IMG/VR virus record: IMGVR_UViG_3300042806_000370
Length of the DNA stretch: 64,000 bases
Reading direction: 5' to 3' (one strand)
From: a virus
In this document: one piece after another, positions 38,912-47,823 of the stretch
How positions within the stretch are numbered: the first letter of the stretch is position 1
Layout: each line of letters begins with the position of its first letter
Position numbers and translations under genes: made by a program
The notes under the pieces: generated by a model
Told to the model about the DNA's origin: nothing
Seen by the model: only the letters and a program-made list of their open reading frames with translations
Database searches by the model: none

Positions 38912-39200
38912 AATTAATAAATTTATTAGAATATTCTAGCAAATATTCGCTATTAGTCAAGATATAATCAAATCTGGATTCAATTTCTGCTATATTATCT
39001 ACAGCAAATTTTGTCATTCTTTCATCATCTATAAAAGCTAAATTAATTCTTGTTTTTTCTTTTGGGTATAAAAATACAGCATCGCCAATACCATTACCCC
39101 AAAATACTTCTACAGGTTTATTTAAGCTTCTCACTTGTAAAAAGTTGTAAACATAATCTCTTATATCAAGAGGAATAAAATCTTCATTGTAAATATACAT
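38892..39200 (-). CDS. Hypothetical protein, possibly the N-terminal remnant of a GT10-like gene
   Basis: RFDYILTNSEYLL echoes NFDHIITCHK in the GT10 ORF; no catalytic half. Confidence 0.5.
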   Translation of the reverse strand: MYIYNEDFIPLDIRDYVYNFLQVRSLNKPVEVFWGNGIGDAVFLYPKEKTRINLAFIDDERMTKFAVDNIAEIESRFDYILTNSEYLLEYSNKFINYENRSS

Positions 39201-39610
39201 TATTTTTTACCGATATGATACTTTTGAATAAGCTGCCAATTTTTCTTTTCTGAATGAGGAATTATTTTAATTTGGTTTAACCCCAATTGAGGTTCCTTAT
39301 ATTTATTCTCATTAATTGGATCTATTAATCCCCATTCTTTTAGCAACTTTACTATTATGTTTCTTCTGCCAAGATCATTGCTGTCCATATTGCTATCAAG
39401 ACCATCAAGAACAAACATCTCCTTGAAGTGCATGATTGCATATCTTCCTCTCTTGTGCAAAATGTGACATGATTGATAAAGCTTTTTTTCTTGTTTTGAA
39501 GAAACGCCTATACGGGTTAATGTTTCCTTAACCTTCAGAAAGTCCTGTTCGGACTTTAGCTTTATTTCTACACCTAAACCTTGAAAAATATCCTCGTCAA
39601 CTGCGCTCAT
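39200..39610 (-). CDS. regA: Translational repressor
   Basis: DFLKVKETLTRIG...LYQSCHILHKRGRYAIMHFKE; start at ATG after GGAG. Confidence 0.95.
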   Translation of the reverse strand: MSAVDEDIFQGLGVEIKLKSEQDFLKVKETLTRIGVSSKQEKKLYQSCHILHKRGRYAIMHFKEMFVLDGLDSNMDSNDLGRRNIIVKLLKEWGLIDPINENKYKEPQLGLNQIKIIPHSEKKNWQLIQKYHIGKK

Positions 39611-39628
39611 AATATCTCCATACAAGGA

Positions 39629-39635
39629 TATTTAT
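39629..39635 (-). promoter_or_regulatory. Late promoter upstream of regA
   Basis: ATAAATA. Confidence 0.55.
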
Positions 39636-40003
39636 TAAATTTTGTATTCTTCTACATGCTTTACAATAGCATCCTTTTGTTCCTGGGTCAAAAGAACCTC
39701 ATATTCGCATGCTTTACGATAGGAGACATCGTAATACTTGATAATAGCCTGAATTACATCGCTCTTATCTTTCTTGGCCCATCCGCTGAACCGTTTTCGC
39801 TTACGGACAGCCAATCTATAGTAATCGTATTGCATTCTCTTGTCTAGGAATGGATACTTGTTCATTTCGTTGGCATAGGCCACGGTATCCATGAAATAAG
39901 AGAGAGACTTATTGACTATAAAAGGAACATAATCCCGACCATCCTGGTCGAGAATATCTTCCTTAGTATAGTTGATGGATTCTAGAACCTTTCCTAGATT
40001 CAT
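39635..40003 (-). CDS. gp62: Clamp loader small subunit
   Basis: YVPFIVNKSLSYFMD...ANEMN...QYDYY..AVRKRKRFSGW. Confidence 0.92.
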   Translation of the reverse strand: MNLGKVLESINYTKEDILDQDGRDYVPFIVNKSLSYFMDTVAYANEMNKYPFLDKRMQYDYYRLAVRKRKRFSGWAKKDKSDVIQAIIKYYDVSYRKACEYEVLLTQEQKDAIVKHVEEYKI

Positions 40004-40950
40004 TTGCCGATGCCCTTAAACTCGCAGTTCATCATGATCTCAACCATCATGGCTGTCAGATTGATCTCCTGATCAGCCACAAAAGCAGACTTGTATTGAT
40101 ACTCGGCAATGATGGTAATTGCTTGCGGAATACTGCTTGGGACTAGCATCTCCTGTAGATTATCGTAAATCTTACGGAAAATATCCGTGCTATTATCCAG
40201 GTTCTTCACGATCCATTCACGAACAGACTTGAAGTTCTTTTGAGCCATGAAACCAATTAGCTTGGCAACATCAACATCCTTGACCTCAGAGAGAATTCCG
40301 ATGTCGATCTTTCCCGATACAGAGTATCGCTGAAGTTCGTTGATGATTCGCCTAAAGTCTGGGAAGTGCTTGATTACGAGTTGTCTAACTGCACCGTCAT
40401 TGTATTCAATATTTTCAGCAGTTAGAATTTTGCAAGCTCGCTTGTACATTTCAAGACCAAGCGTGGAGTTTTCTCCTGATTGAATATTGAAGTTGATCTC
40501 TGTGCAGCGAGAGTGAAGAGGTTCAATGATTCGATACTTCCAGTTACAGGTCATGATAAATCGGCAGTTGGCTGCAAATTCCTCAATGGCCCCGCGCAAA
40601 GCAGGCTGAATGCTCTGGGCATTAGAGTAATCGAACTCGTCCAGAATCACTACCTTCTTGGCATCGGTCAATGATACAGTGCTAGCAAAGCCACGAATCT
40701 TTGTTCGCAGAGTATCAATATTCCCATCCTCTGAGCAGTTGATGAGAATGTAATCACACCCAAGATCATTGCAGAGGGCCTTGGCAACGGTAGTCTTACC
40801 GCATCCAGGCTTACCAACAAACATCATGTTCTGCAATTCACCACCCTTTACCATTTCGCTAAAGGTAGCTTTTAGTTCCTTTGGAAGAACACAATCGGAT
40901 AGCGTCTGGGGTCGATACTTCTCGACCCACAGGTACTGGTCAGTTGTCAT
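40000..40950 (-). CDS. gp44: Clamp loader large subunit
   Basis: WVEKYRP, GKPGCGKTT, LDEFD, LHSRC. Confidence 0.95.
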   Translation of the reverse strand: MTTDQYLWVEKYRPQTLSDCVLPKELKATFSEMVKGGELQNMMFVGKPGCGKTTVAKALCNDLGCDYILINCSEDGNIDTLRTKIRGFASTVSLTDAKKVVILDEFDYSNAQSIQPALRGAIEEFAANCRFIMTCNWKYRIIEPLHSRCTEINFNIQSGENSTLGLEMYKRACKILTAENIEYNDGAVRQLVIKHFPDFRRIINELQRYSVSGKIDIGILSEVKDVDVAKLIGFMAQKNFKSVREWIVKNLDNSTDIFRKIYDNLQEMLVPSSIPQAITIIAEYQYKSAFVADQEINLTAMMVEIMMNCEFKGIGK

Positions 40951-40952
40951 GA

Positions 40953-41663
40953 TTAGCTCCCGCTGTTACTGCTAGATTCTAGGGCGATCCAATAGGTCAG
41001 ATTTAGATTCTTTGAAGTAAACTTGCTGATAACCTTGCTTCCGATTTGGACATCGTAAGAGCCGGGGATCATCTTGAGATTTTCCATCTTTAGACGGAAT
41101 TCAAAATCATCATCAAAATCGGCATCAAGGCAGTCTTCAGTGCTTCCGAGGCTGATTGAATAGGTGTTTGTGGTGCTGTCCTTGACATCACAGACCTTGG
41201 CAAATACCTCCCCGTCCTCAGCGTAGATCGACATATCAGCGACCTGAAGGACTCCAGAAGCCTTCTGAAGCTCGTTTAGCTTCTTATCCGACAGGCTGAA
41301 CTCTAGGACCACTGAGGGCATCGTAAGGGCCTTTGGCGGGTTGCTGGTAATCAGCTTTGGTTCACAGTAGAAGTACTTGACCGAAGATCCGGTATCGTTC
41401 GAAATTTCAAGGTACTTATCGTGGAACTCCAGTTCAGGGTTTTCAAACAGCGATAGAATACCGAGGAACTGGGATAGATCCCAGATACCGAATTCCTGGT
41501 CAAATGTTTCCTCTACCGTGGCTTCGGCCACAATGTTCTTGTAGGAGGACATCGTAGCAAGCTTGTTTCCAGGACGAATCAGCAGATTGCTGTTGATCGT
41601 TGAGAAGTTCTTCAGGATCTGAAGAGTGGGCTTGCTGAGAGTTAGTTTGGATGTAGTTTTCAT
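40953..41663 (-). CDS. gp45: Sliding clamp
   Basis: LKNFSTINSNL, FGIWDLSQFL, YFYCEP, ENLKMIPGSY, YWIALE. Confidence 0.95.
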   Translation of the reverse strand: MKTTSKLTLSKPTLQILKNFSTINSNLLIRPGNKLATMSSYKNIVAEATVEETFDQEFGIWDLSQFLGILSLFENPELEFHDKYLEISNDTGSSVKYFYCEPKLITSNPPKALTMPSVVLEFSLSDKKLNELQKASGVLQVADMSIYAEDGEVFAKVCDVKDSTTNTYSISLGSTEDCLDADFDDDFEFRLKMENLKMIPGSYDVQIGSKVISKFTSKNLNLTYWIALESSSNSGS

Positions 41664-41684
41664 AATATAAAATTCACCTTTCGA

Positions 41685-41846
41685 TCAGGTATTGTCCTGC
41701 AAATAGTCAAAAAAGTCAAGGCTTCCGTCACGCAAATCATGCATTAATTTCTTCGTGGCATGACGCAAATCACGAAGTTTTTTCTTTCTAAAGAATCTTG
41801 CGAGTTTCCTGGCCCGAATGATTTTCCATAGTGGATGTTTTTTCAT
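41685..41846 (-). CDS. 53-aa basic protein (not in ORF track)
   Basis: ATGA overlap; MKKHPLWKIIRARKLARFFRKKKLRDLRHATKKLMHDLRDGSLDFFDYLQDNT. Confidence 0.65.
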   Translation of the reverse strand: MKKHPLWKIIRARKLARFFRKKKLRDLRHATKKLMHDLRDGSLDFFDYLQDNT

Positions 41847-42148
41847 AAGATACCTACCCAAGAATACGAGTTGTTGTCATAGACATATTCATACAACATA
41901 CCAACCGTTGTATTAAACCATCTCTGACCAACAACTGGCTCGTAGGGGGCGGAAGCTCCAACATGAACTCCTGCTGAGTTGAGAAGCCTCCAGCCCCTTT
42001 TTTCGCCGTGTTCGGGAGAAAATCCACTTGTTTCAAAAGATGCAACATAATACTTGCCCTCTTTCTCTACAATGCTCCCATACTCGTATACCTTGAGTGT
42101 ACCGTCTGGATTAGCAATCTTAAATTTTCCTTTAAAATTGAGATCCAT
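41843..42148 (-). CDS. Small protein with CBM5/12-like motif and fibre-type C-terminal motif
   Basis: YEYGSIVEKEGKYYVA..T.G.SP......W; APYEPVVGQRWFNT..G.LY. Confidence 0.55.
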   Translation of the reverse strand: MDLNFKGKFKIANPDGTLKVYEYGSIVEKEGKYYVASFETSGFSPEHGEKRGWRLLNSAGVHVGASAPYEPVVGQRWFNTTVGMLYEYVYDNNSYSWVGIL

Positions 42149-43863
42149 TAGTTTTGTACCAGTTTGCTAAAGTTGTTTTTCTTTTCTAGTGTAACCGTAT
42201 TCTTGAACTTGTCGTGTAGTTGGTCTGTCTTGTGGCTGATTACAAAGACATTGCAACCCTTCTTCAGGCCGTTGAGCAACTTCATAAGTTCATCGGTTCC
42301 GATAGAATCCAGCGAAGAATCAAATACTTCGTCAAGGATGAGTAGGTTGCAGTGAAGACTGTTCTTCATTCTTGCAACTTCTCGCCATGCTAGGAGTAGA
42401 GAAATGTCGATTCTCATCTTTTCTCCTTCACTGAAACTCAAATACGAAAATTCGTCACGATGCCTACTTTCAATCTTTTCGTTAAATTCACCGTCAAGAT
42501 TGAATTTCACGAAGAATCCCATGTTACTGAGATTCTTATTCACTAACTTATTTATAATCGGAAGATAGTGATTTATAATTTTTCCTTTGATTCCACTATC
42601 CTTTAATAGATCCACTACAAGTTCGTGATCATTTTGCTGTTTTTCAAGATAGATCAAAGCAGTTTCTTTTACTTTTTTCTCAATTTTAACAGATTCTAAC
42701 TGTTCTTTTGTAGAAGCTATCTGATCTTCATTTACAGAACACTTATCAGCTTCATATCCTGCCTTTACCTTTTCTAGACTAGCAACTTCTCGTTCAAGTG
42801 ACTTGACCTCTCTAACAAGCTCTTTAATTCGTTCTTGAACTTCTTTGCTTTTGGTTAAAATATCGTTATGCCAAGCTATTGAATTAATAATCTCTTCTGC
42901 ATTGGTTCCTAGTTTGGCTAGTTTATTCTTCTTAGCTGAAACAATAGAACACTTATGAGATTCTTCAATGGCTTGCTTACAAGTTGGACAAGTCTCATTG
43001 TCGTTAAAGAATTCTAGCTCTTCATTTATGGTATTGATGCTAACAGTAAGATCGGCTTTCTTTTCTCTCAGAAGAGCCAAATCTTCGTCTGTAATCTTAT
43101 ATTGTTCTAGCTTCTTACCTTCCTGAAGGATTTCTTTGTTTAAAATCTTAATTTTTCGTTTAGATCCATCAATCTCTTCAGTCGCCTCTTTAATTTTATT
43201 CTCCAACACTTCAAGGCTCTTCTCCATACTGGATTGTAAATTTTTGAGATTAGTTTCATAAAGTTTTATCTTTTCGTCTATAACTCTTTGGTCAAGCTTA
43301 TTAATCTTAATATTCTCCCGTATCTGTGAAAGCTTGCCCTTTAGGATCAAGTTCATTGACGAGAAGACATCAATATCTAGGATAGTTTCAATAACCTGGC
43401 GGCGATCAGCCGGGGGTAATTCCATGAAAGGAACGAACGAAGACTTACCAAGAATGATGACTTGCATGAAAGTCTTTTTGTTCATCTTGAGTATCTGATT
43501 CTCAAGCATGTCTTGGTAATCTTTGGTCTTGGCTGCTTGCTCTATCATCTCCCCGTTCTTATAGATCTCAAAGACCTTCGGGGCAAGACCGCGCCGAATC
43601 ATGTACTCAGTCTTGTTAATCTCAAACTCTAGTTCAACAAGGCACTTACCTTTGTTTACACTATTTACAAGTTGCGGTATGTTGATGTTTCTAAAGGGAT
43701 TGCCGAAGAGGGCAAATGTAATTGCATCAAGAAACGCAAACGACTTACCGTTTCCATTTGATCCACTGACAAGAGTTGTTTGGCTCTTCTGGAAATCAAT
43801 CTCAGAAAAGGTGTTTCCAAATGAGCCGAAGTTCTTGAATCTAATCTTTTTAAAGTTAATCAT
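42148..43863 (-). CDS. gp46: Recombination endonuclease ATPase subunit (Rad50/SbcC-like)
   Basis: GSNGNGKS, CPTCKQ hook, FSEGEKMRID, LILDEVFD. Confidence 0.95.
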   Translation of the reverse strand: MINFKKIRFKNFGSFGNTFSEIDFQKSQTTLVSGSNGNGKSFAFLDAITFALFGNPFRNINIPQLVNSVNKGKCLVELEFEINKTEYMIRRGLAPKVFEIYKNGEMIEQAAKTKDYQDMLENQILKMNKKTFMQVIILGKSSFVPFMELPPADRRQVIETILDIDVFSSMNLILKGKLSQIRENIKINKLDQRVIDEKIKLYETNLKNLQSSMEKSLEVLENKIKEATEEIDGSKRKIKILNKEILQEGKKLEQYKITDEDLALLREKKADLTVSINTINEELEFFNDNETCPTCKQAIEESHKCSIVSAKKNKLAKLGTNAEEIINSIAWHNDILTKSKEVQERIKELVREVKSLEREVASLEKVKAGYEADKCSVNEDQIASTKEQLESVKIEKKVKETALIYLEKQQNDHELVVDLLKDSGIKGKIINHYLPIINKLVNKNLSNMGFFVKFNLDGEFNEKIESRHRDEFSYLSFSEGEKMRIDISLLLAWREVARMKNSLHCNLLILDEVFDSSLDSIGTDELMKLLNGLKKGCNVFVISHKTDQLHDKFKNTVTLEKKNNFSKLVQN

Positions 43864-44908
43864 CTATGGTAAGGGATTCTTGATAAAGATCTTTAATGAT
43901 GTTCTTGATATCGTCCTTGTTCGTGATCTCAGATAGATCATCTATCTCTTTGCAGATCATCGTTATTGTATCCATATTCATATCAATATCAATAGACGAA
44001 TAATTCATTTCAATTTCTTCATCCACCACAGTTACATCATATGGCTTGGCTTCGTTTAGCTTTGTCATGAACTTTTCGTAAAAGACTGGCTTGTTTCTTC
44101 TCTGAACAATCAGTCTTACATACTTATCCTTGAAACTCGGAAAGTCAAGTTTCTCAAGATCTTCTGGAAGAGAATCATCATAAACAATTCTATGAAATAG
44201 CTCTTCTGTGTTCTGGATAAATTCTAGATCTCTAGTCTTGGTATCAAAGACATGAAATCCTTTTCGCTCGTTGACATCAGTGAATCCCATTTGATACTGA
44301 GTGCCAAGATATTCAATGTTCTTATGTCTTGATTTTAAGTGAAAATGTCCCGACATAACAGTTTCAAACTTATTGAACATTTCTCTCTGAAGTCCAGTAT
44401 CGTGATAAACTCCACGAAGGACTTCAAATCCAACGATCTCAAAATGGCCTAATAGTATATGTGCCTTTGTATTCTTTATAAATTCAACACAGGCATTCAT
44501 GTTATCTTCACACATCCAAGGAACAGCACCGATAGAAACATCTGGATAAACAAGTTCCTTTGGTTCATTTACCACTTCAATATGAAAATACTTTTCAAGA
44601 AGTTCTTGTGGTGAATTAGTTTTATTTGTATTCCTGAAATAGGTATCGTGATTCCCGATGATAATCTTCATTGACATGCCCATCTTTTCCATAGGCTCAA
44701 TTACCCTAGTACGAACCTGGTTCAGAGTATTAAAGTTAATATACTTACGACGATCAAAAAAATCGCCCAAGTGTATTACATGCTCAATATTATTTTTTAT
44801 GCAATATGGAAAAAATTGGTTTTCAAAAAACTGAATAAAGTGTTCTAAAAGAACCGATGAATCATTTTTTGCGCCAAAGTGAGTATCATTTATTATGGCT
44901 ATCTTCAT
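43856..44908 (-). CDS. gp47: Recombination endonuclease nuclease subunit (Mre11/SbcD-like)
   Basis: DTHFG, HLGDFFD, GNHD, SGHFH. Confidence 0.95.
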   Translation of the reverse strand: MKIAIINDTHFGAKNDSSVLLEHFIQFFENQFFPYCIKNNIEHVIHLGDFFDRRKYINFNTLNQVRTRVIEPMEKMGMSMKIIIGNHDTYFRNTNKTNSPQELLEKYFHIEVVNEPKELVYPDVSIGAVPWMCEDNMNACVEFIKNTKAHILLGHFEIVGFEVLRGVYHDTGLQREMFNKFETVMSGHFHLKSRHKNIEYLGTQYQMGFTDVNERKGFHVFDTKTRDLEFIQNTEELFHRIVYDDSLPEDLEKLDFPSFKDKYVRLIVQRRNKPVFYEKFMTKLNEAKPYDVTVVDEEIEMNYSSIDIDMNMDTITMICKEIDDLSEITNKDDIKNIIKDLYQESLTIDD

Positions 44909-45501
44909 TTGCGCTTCTTAGTTTTCTTTTTCTTTTTTACTTTTGTATCTTCAAATTTATTTACGTCATTTTCAGAAAGATTAAAAATTTCTCTGAAGCT
45001 GGCTGAACTATCTTTTGCGAAGTAATTTTCTTTGAACCACCGATGAAATTTTTCATCAGCATTATCTTCCATGATCTTATACTTGATATAAGATTGCTTC
45101 TTTTCCTTTTCTATGCGTCTTAGAAATGCAAAGTATATTATTTGGGTAAAATAAGAAAAGGGGTTTTTTGATTTGCTTGGATCAAAATTATGAGCATACA
45201 TCAAACAATTTTCTATACCATCTCCCACCATTTCTTCTCGGTAAGGATAATTCATAAAATTTGGTCTATAAGAAAGATGTTCTGCTATCTTCAGAAAAGA
45301 TTCTGCTATGTAGCTCGATACTGGTGGAGTTTTTCTTCCAGATGACTCTGCTGAGTCATACTTGGCTTTCCACTTTATCATTTCCTTCAAAAATTCTTTA
45401 TTATCAACGTAATGAGATTTTTCTTCTTCTTCTTTGATTATTGGAAATAAATCCTCATCTATTATCTCATCTTCTACGTCTTTTTTCTTTTTTTTCTTCA
45501 T
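44905..45501 (-). CDS. gp55: Late transcription sigma factor
   Basis: HYVDNKEF, FLKIAEHLS.RPNF.NY.YREEMVGDGIENC, NPFSYFTQIIYFAFLRRI. Confidence 0.95.
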   Translation of the reverse strand: MKKKKKKDVEDEIIDEDLFPIIKEEEEKSHYVDNKEFLKEMIKWKAKYDSAESSGRKTPPVSSYIAESFLKIAEHLSYRPNFMNYPYREEMVGDGIENCLMYAHNFDPSKSKNPFSYFTQIIYFAFLRRIEKEKKQSYIKYKIMEDNADEKFHRWFKENYFAKDSSASFREIFNLSENDVNKFEDTKVKKKKKTKKRK

Positions 45502-45507
45502 GTGGTT

Positions 45508-45535
45508 ATTATACCACTTTTTTTAAAAAAATCAA
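45508..45535 (-). promoter_or_regulatory. sigma70-type promoter, leaderless gp55 transcript
   Basis: TTGATT-N16-(TGg)TATAAT-N6-ATG. Confidence 0.8.
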
Positions 45536-45536
45536 G

Positions 45537-45565
45537 TTGACAAAAAACAGTCTTGTTGATACACT
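45537..45565 (+). promoter_or_regulatory. Divergent sigma70-type promoter with no sense ORF downstream
   Basis: TTGACA-N17-(TGa)TACACT. Confidence 0.6.
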
Positions 45566-45606
45566 TCGCTGTGTAGGCGATCAATAAGAAAATCTAGGTT
45601 TATATA

Positions 45607-46335
45607 TTACTCACTAGTATTATCTAAATCCTCTTCAATATACTTCTGAGGATTATCTGGGAATTGATCCAAGTCAATTCCTTTTCTTTTTAGACGATCT
45701 TTTTCTTTGTCAGTCATCATTTCCATTTCTGGAATTAAAACATCATTTTCATCGTCTTTATCGTCTTCATCTTTTCCACCAAAGAAATCAAAATCTAAAA
45801 TGCCATTTTCTACCATTTCCTCAAATATATCAGGAGGAATAGAAAAAAACATTCCAACACTTGTATTTGGATTTATGAAAGGAAATGGCATTTGAGGAAT
45901 TTTTGTTATTGGATTTTTTGGCTCTGCTGTTTGGATATCGCCATCAATTATATCATTGAATAAAGAATTTAGCATATCCTGCAATCCTTCTGGATTTTCC
46001 AATATTTCTTTTGTTTTTTCTTCTTTTTCTTTTATTGATTCTTTATATTTTTCTTCTGTTTTTAAAGATTTTTGATAAAGAATTACTGTGCTTTCTGATG
46101 GCATCAAAACAGAAGCAATATGATCTCTAGGAAGATCTATACGGATTTCATCAGTAAATTCAAGCCAGTTTCTAAGTAGAGTTATTTCTCTTGTAACTCC
46201 AAAAGAATCTGGAGATATGTGAGTTTTAATAACCATTGGTTTTAGAATACTAATGGTAGAATCGTTTTCTCCAGATAATAATCCGAGAACTTCTTCACCA
46301 CTTCTCAGCTTAAACAATCTGCAAGTAGTTTCCAT
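45607..46335 (-). CDS. Conserved T4-like protein with N-terminal Sm-like fold and acidic tail
   Basis: LFKLRSGEEVLG...ISILKPM; position between uvsW and gp55. Confidence 0.65.
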   Translation of the reverse strand: METTCRLFKLRSGEEVLGLLSGENDSTISILKPMVIKTHISPDSFGVTREITLLRNWLEFTDEIRIDLPRDHIASVLMPSESTVILYQKSLKTEEKYKESIKEKEEKTKEILENPEGLQDMLNSLFNDIIDGDIQTAEPKNPITKIPQMPFPFINPNTSVGMFFSIPPDIFEEMVENGILDFDFFGGKDEDDKDDENDVLIPEMEMMTDKEKDRLKRKGIDLDQFPDNPQKYIEEDLDNTSE

Positions 46336-46339
46336 ATAC

Positions 46340-46346
46340 TATTTAT
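46340..46346 (-). promoter_or_regulatory. Late promoter
   Basis: ATAAATA-gtat-ATG. Confidence 0.65.
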
Positions 46347-46350
46347 CCTT

Positions 46351-47823
46351 TCAAAGATCTATAGGAGCTAACTTAAAAGAAAAAGATTCGCTTTCATAAA
46401 TTTTTATTCGCTCAAGAAAATGATTGAATGCATGATTTCGATATTTTTTATGTCTTAAATCATCTACTAAATCAAAAATCATTACACGATCTTTTGTTTC
46501 TGACATTCTCAAACCACGGCCAATAGACTGAAGAACACGCACAACAGACTTTGATGGATGAAGAAATACAATGTTGTGAATGTTCTTGATATTTATGCCT
46601 GTACTGCAAGTTCCATAAGAAGCAACAAGAATAGAATTTTCGGACTTATCCACAATCTTACGAATTTCTTCTCTATCTTCAGCATCAGTCATTCCAGAAA
46701 TAAAATAGCTCTTTTTATCTGTGCAAGTTTTTTGTACTGATTCAAAGAATGGAAGACCGTGCTTTTGAACTTGTGAGAATAGAACTAATGTATTTCCCTT
46801 GAGAGAAGCGCAAAGTTTTTCTGCTACTTTATTTCTTCTTTCATGTGATATAATGTAATCTATTTCTTCTTGATATGTCTTGCGCTTCATGCTATCGCAT
46901 TCTTCTTTTGCATATTTCAGCTGAATGCAATTGATATCAAGATTTGAAAGAACTTTATTATCAATTAGATCTTTTGTGCTTGTAACGCGAATTGGTGGGC
47001 CAAATAGTCCTTCAAGAACTAGTTTATGAACCTGGATATTATCAAGCGTTCCTGTAGTCCCAATGCGAATGTGACAGTTTCTGAGCTTGTTCATTAAACG
47101 AACAAGGGATTTAGCCTTGAATAGATGACATTCATCGCCAATAACAGCATCGTATTCAGCAAAGAATTTCTCTGGAAGATCATAAACACTCTGCCATGTC
47201 GATATTGCTATGGGCTTTGTTGTTTCCTTGTCTTTACCAGCATAGATGATGTGAATATTCTTATCCGCATTCCAGTCTTTTCCAGAGTATTCGATGAAAT
47301 CTGAACGCATCTGGTGAACTAGGCTAGTAGTGGGAACAAGCACAAGAATCTTCTTATTCTTACTGAGAAGATATCTAAGAATCGTATAGATGATGAGAGA
47401 CTTGCCGCTACCAGTTGGAGATATCAGTAGACTACGCTTGTGATCAAGAGCCATTTCCACAGCCCTCTGCTGATAGTCTCTGAGCTTGATTTGGCCAGAA
47501 TCTGAGTGTAGAGGTAGAGCATCAATAAAAGACTTATAATCTTCAAAAAATTCTTCCTTAAAATTTTCAAACTTGCATTCGTAGTTTCGATCAAGGCAAA
47601 ACTGAACAATCTTGTTTCTCAGACCAGTATAGATCTTACGAGTGAAGTAGTTGAATAGACGAATCTGGCCATCCCATACTCTTCGCTTGAAGGCCGGGGA
47701 ATATTGTGAGTTTGGGACCTTAAATGTGAAGTAATCGGATATCTCTTTTGCTACTGAATTTTCGCAATGAACTTTGATGAATGTACCATCTATTTTTTCT
47801 ATTTTTACTTCTTCATTGGCCAT
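46351..47823 (-). CDS. uvsW: SF2 DNA helicase
   Basis: LRDYQ, SPTGSGKS, STWQS, GDECH, GTTGT, LQSIGRGLR; start set to MANEE. Confidence 0.95.
   Translation of the reverse strand: MANEEVKIEKIDGTFIKVHCENSVAKEISDYFTFKVPNSQYSPAFKRRVWDGQIRLFNYFTRKIYTGLRNKIVQFCLDRNYECKFENFKEEFFEDYKSFIDALPLHSDSGQIKLRDYQQRAVEMALDHKRSLLISPTGSGKSLIIYTILRYLLSKNKKILVLVPTTSLVHQMRSDFIEYSGKDWNADKNIHIIYAGKDKETTKPIAISTWQSVYDLPEKFFAEYDAVIGDECHLFKAKSLVRLMNKLRNCHIRIGTTGTLDNIQVHKLVLEGLFGPPIRVTSTKDLIDNKVLSNLDINCIQLKYAKEECDSMKRKTYQEEIDYIISHERRNKVAEKLCASLKGNTLVLFSQVQKHGLPFFESVQKTCTDKKSYFISGMTDAEDREEIRKIVDKSENSILVASYGTCSTGINIKNIHNIVFLHPSKSVVRVLQSIGRGLRMSETKDRVMIFDLVDDLRHKKYRNHAFNHFLERIKIYESESFSFKLAPIDL

Noticed and set aside
29449-39200. 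Island as T4-style DNA glucosylation
   Set aside because: No T4 alpha/beta-glucosyltransferase or dCMP hydroxymethylase recognised; the families present act on glycans or proteins. Not fully excluded without the rest of the genome
39611-39632. AATATC/GATATT inverted repeat around the regA RBS
   Set aside because: Only 6 mostly A-U pairs; too weak to call
41730-41772. Direct repeat ACGCAAATCA, 33 nt apart
   Set aside because: Explained by the repeated DLR peptide in the 53-aa ORF
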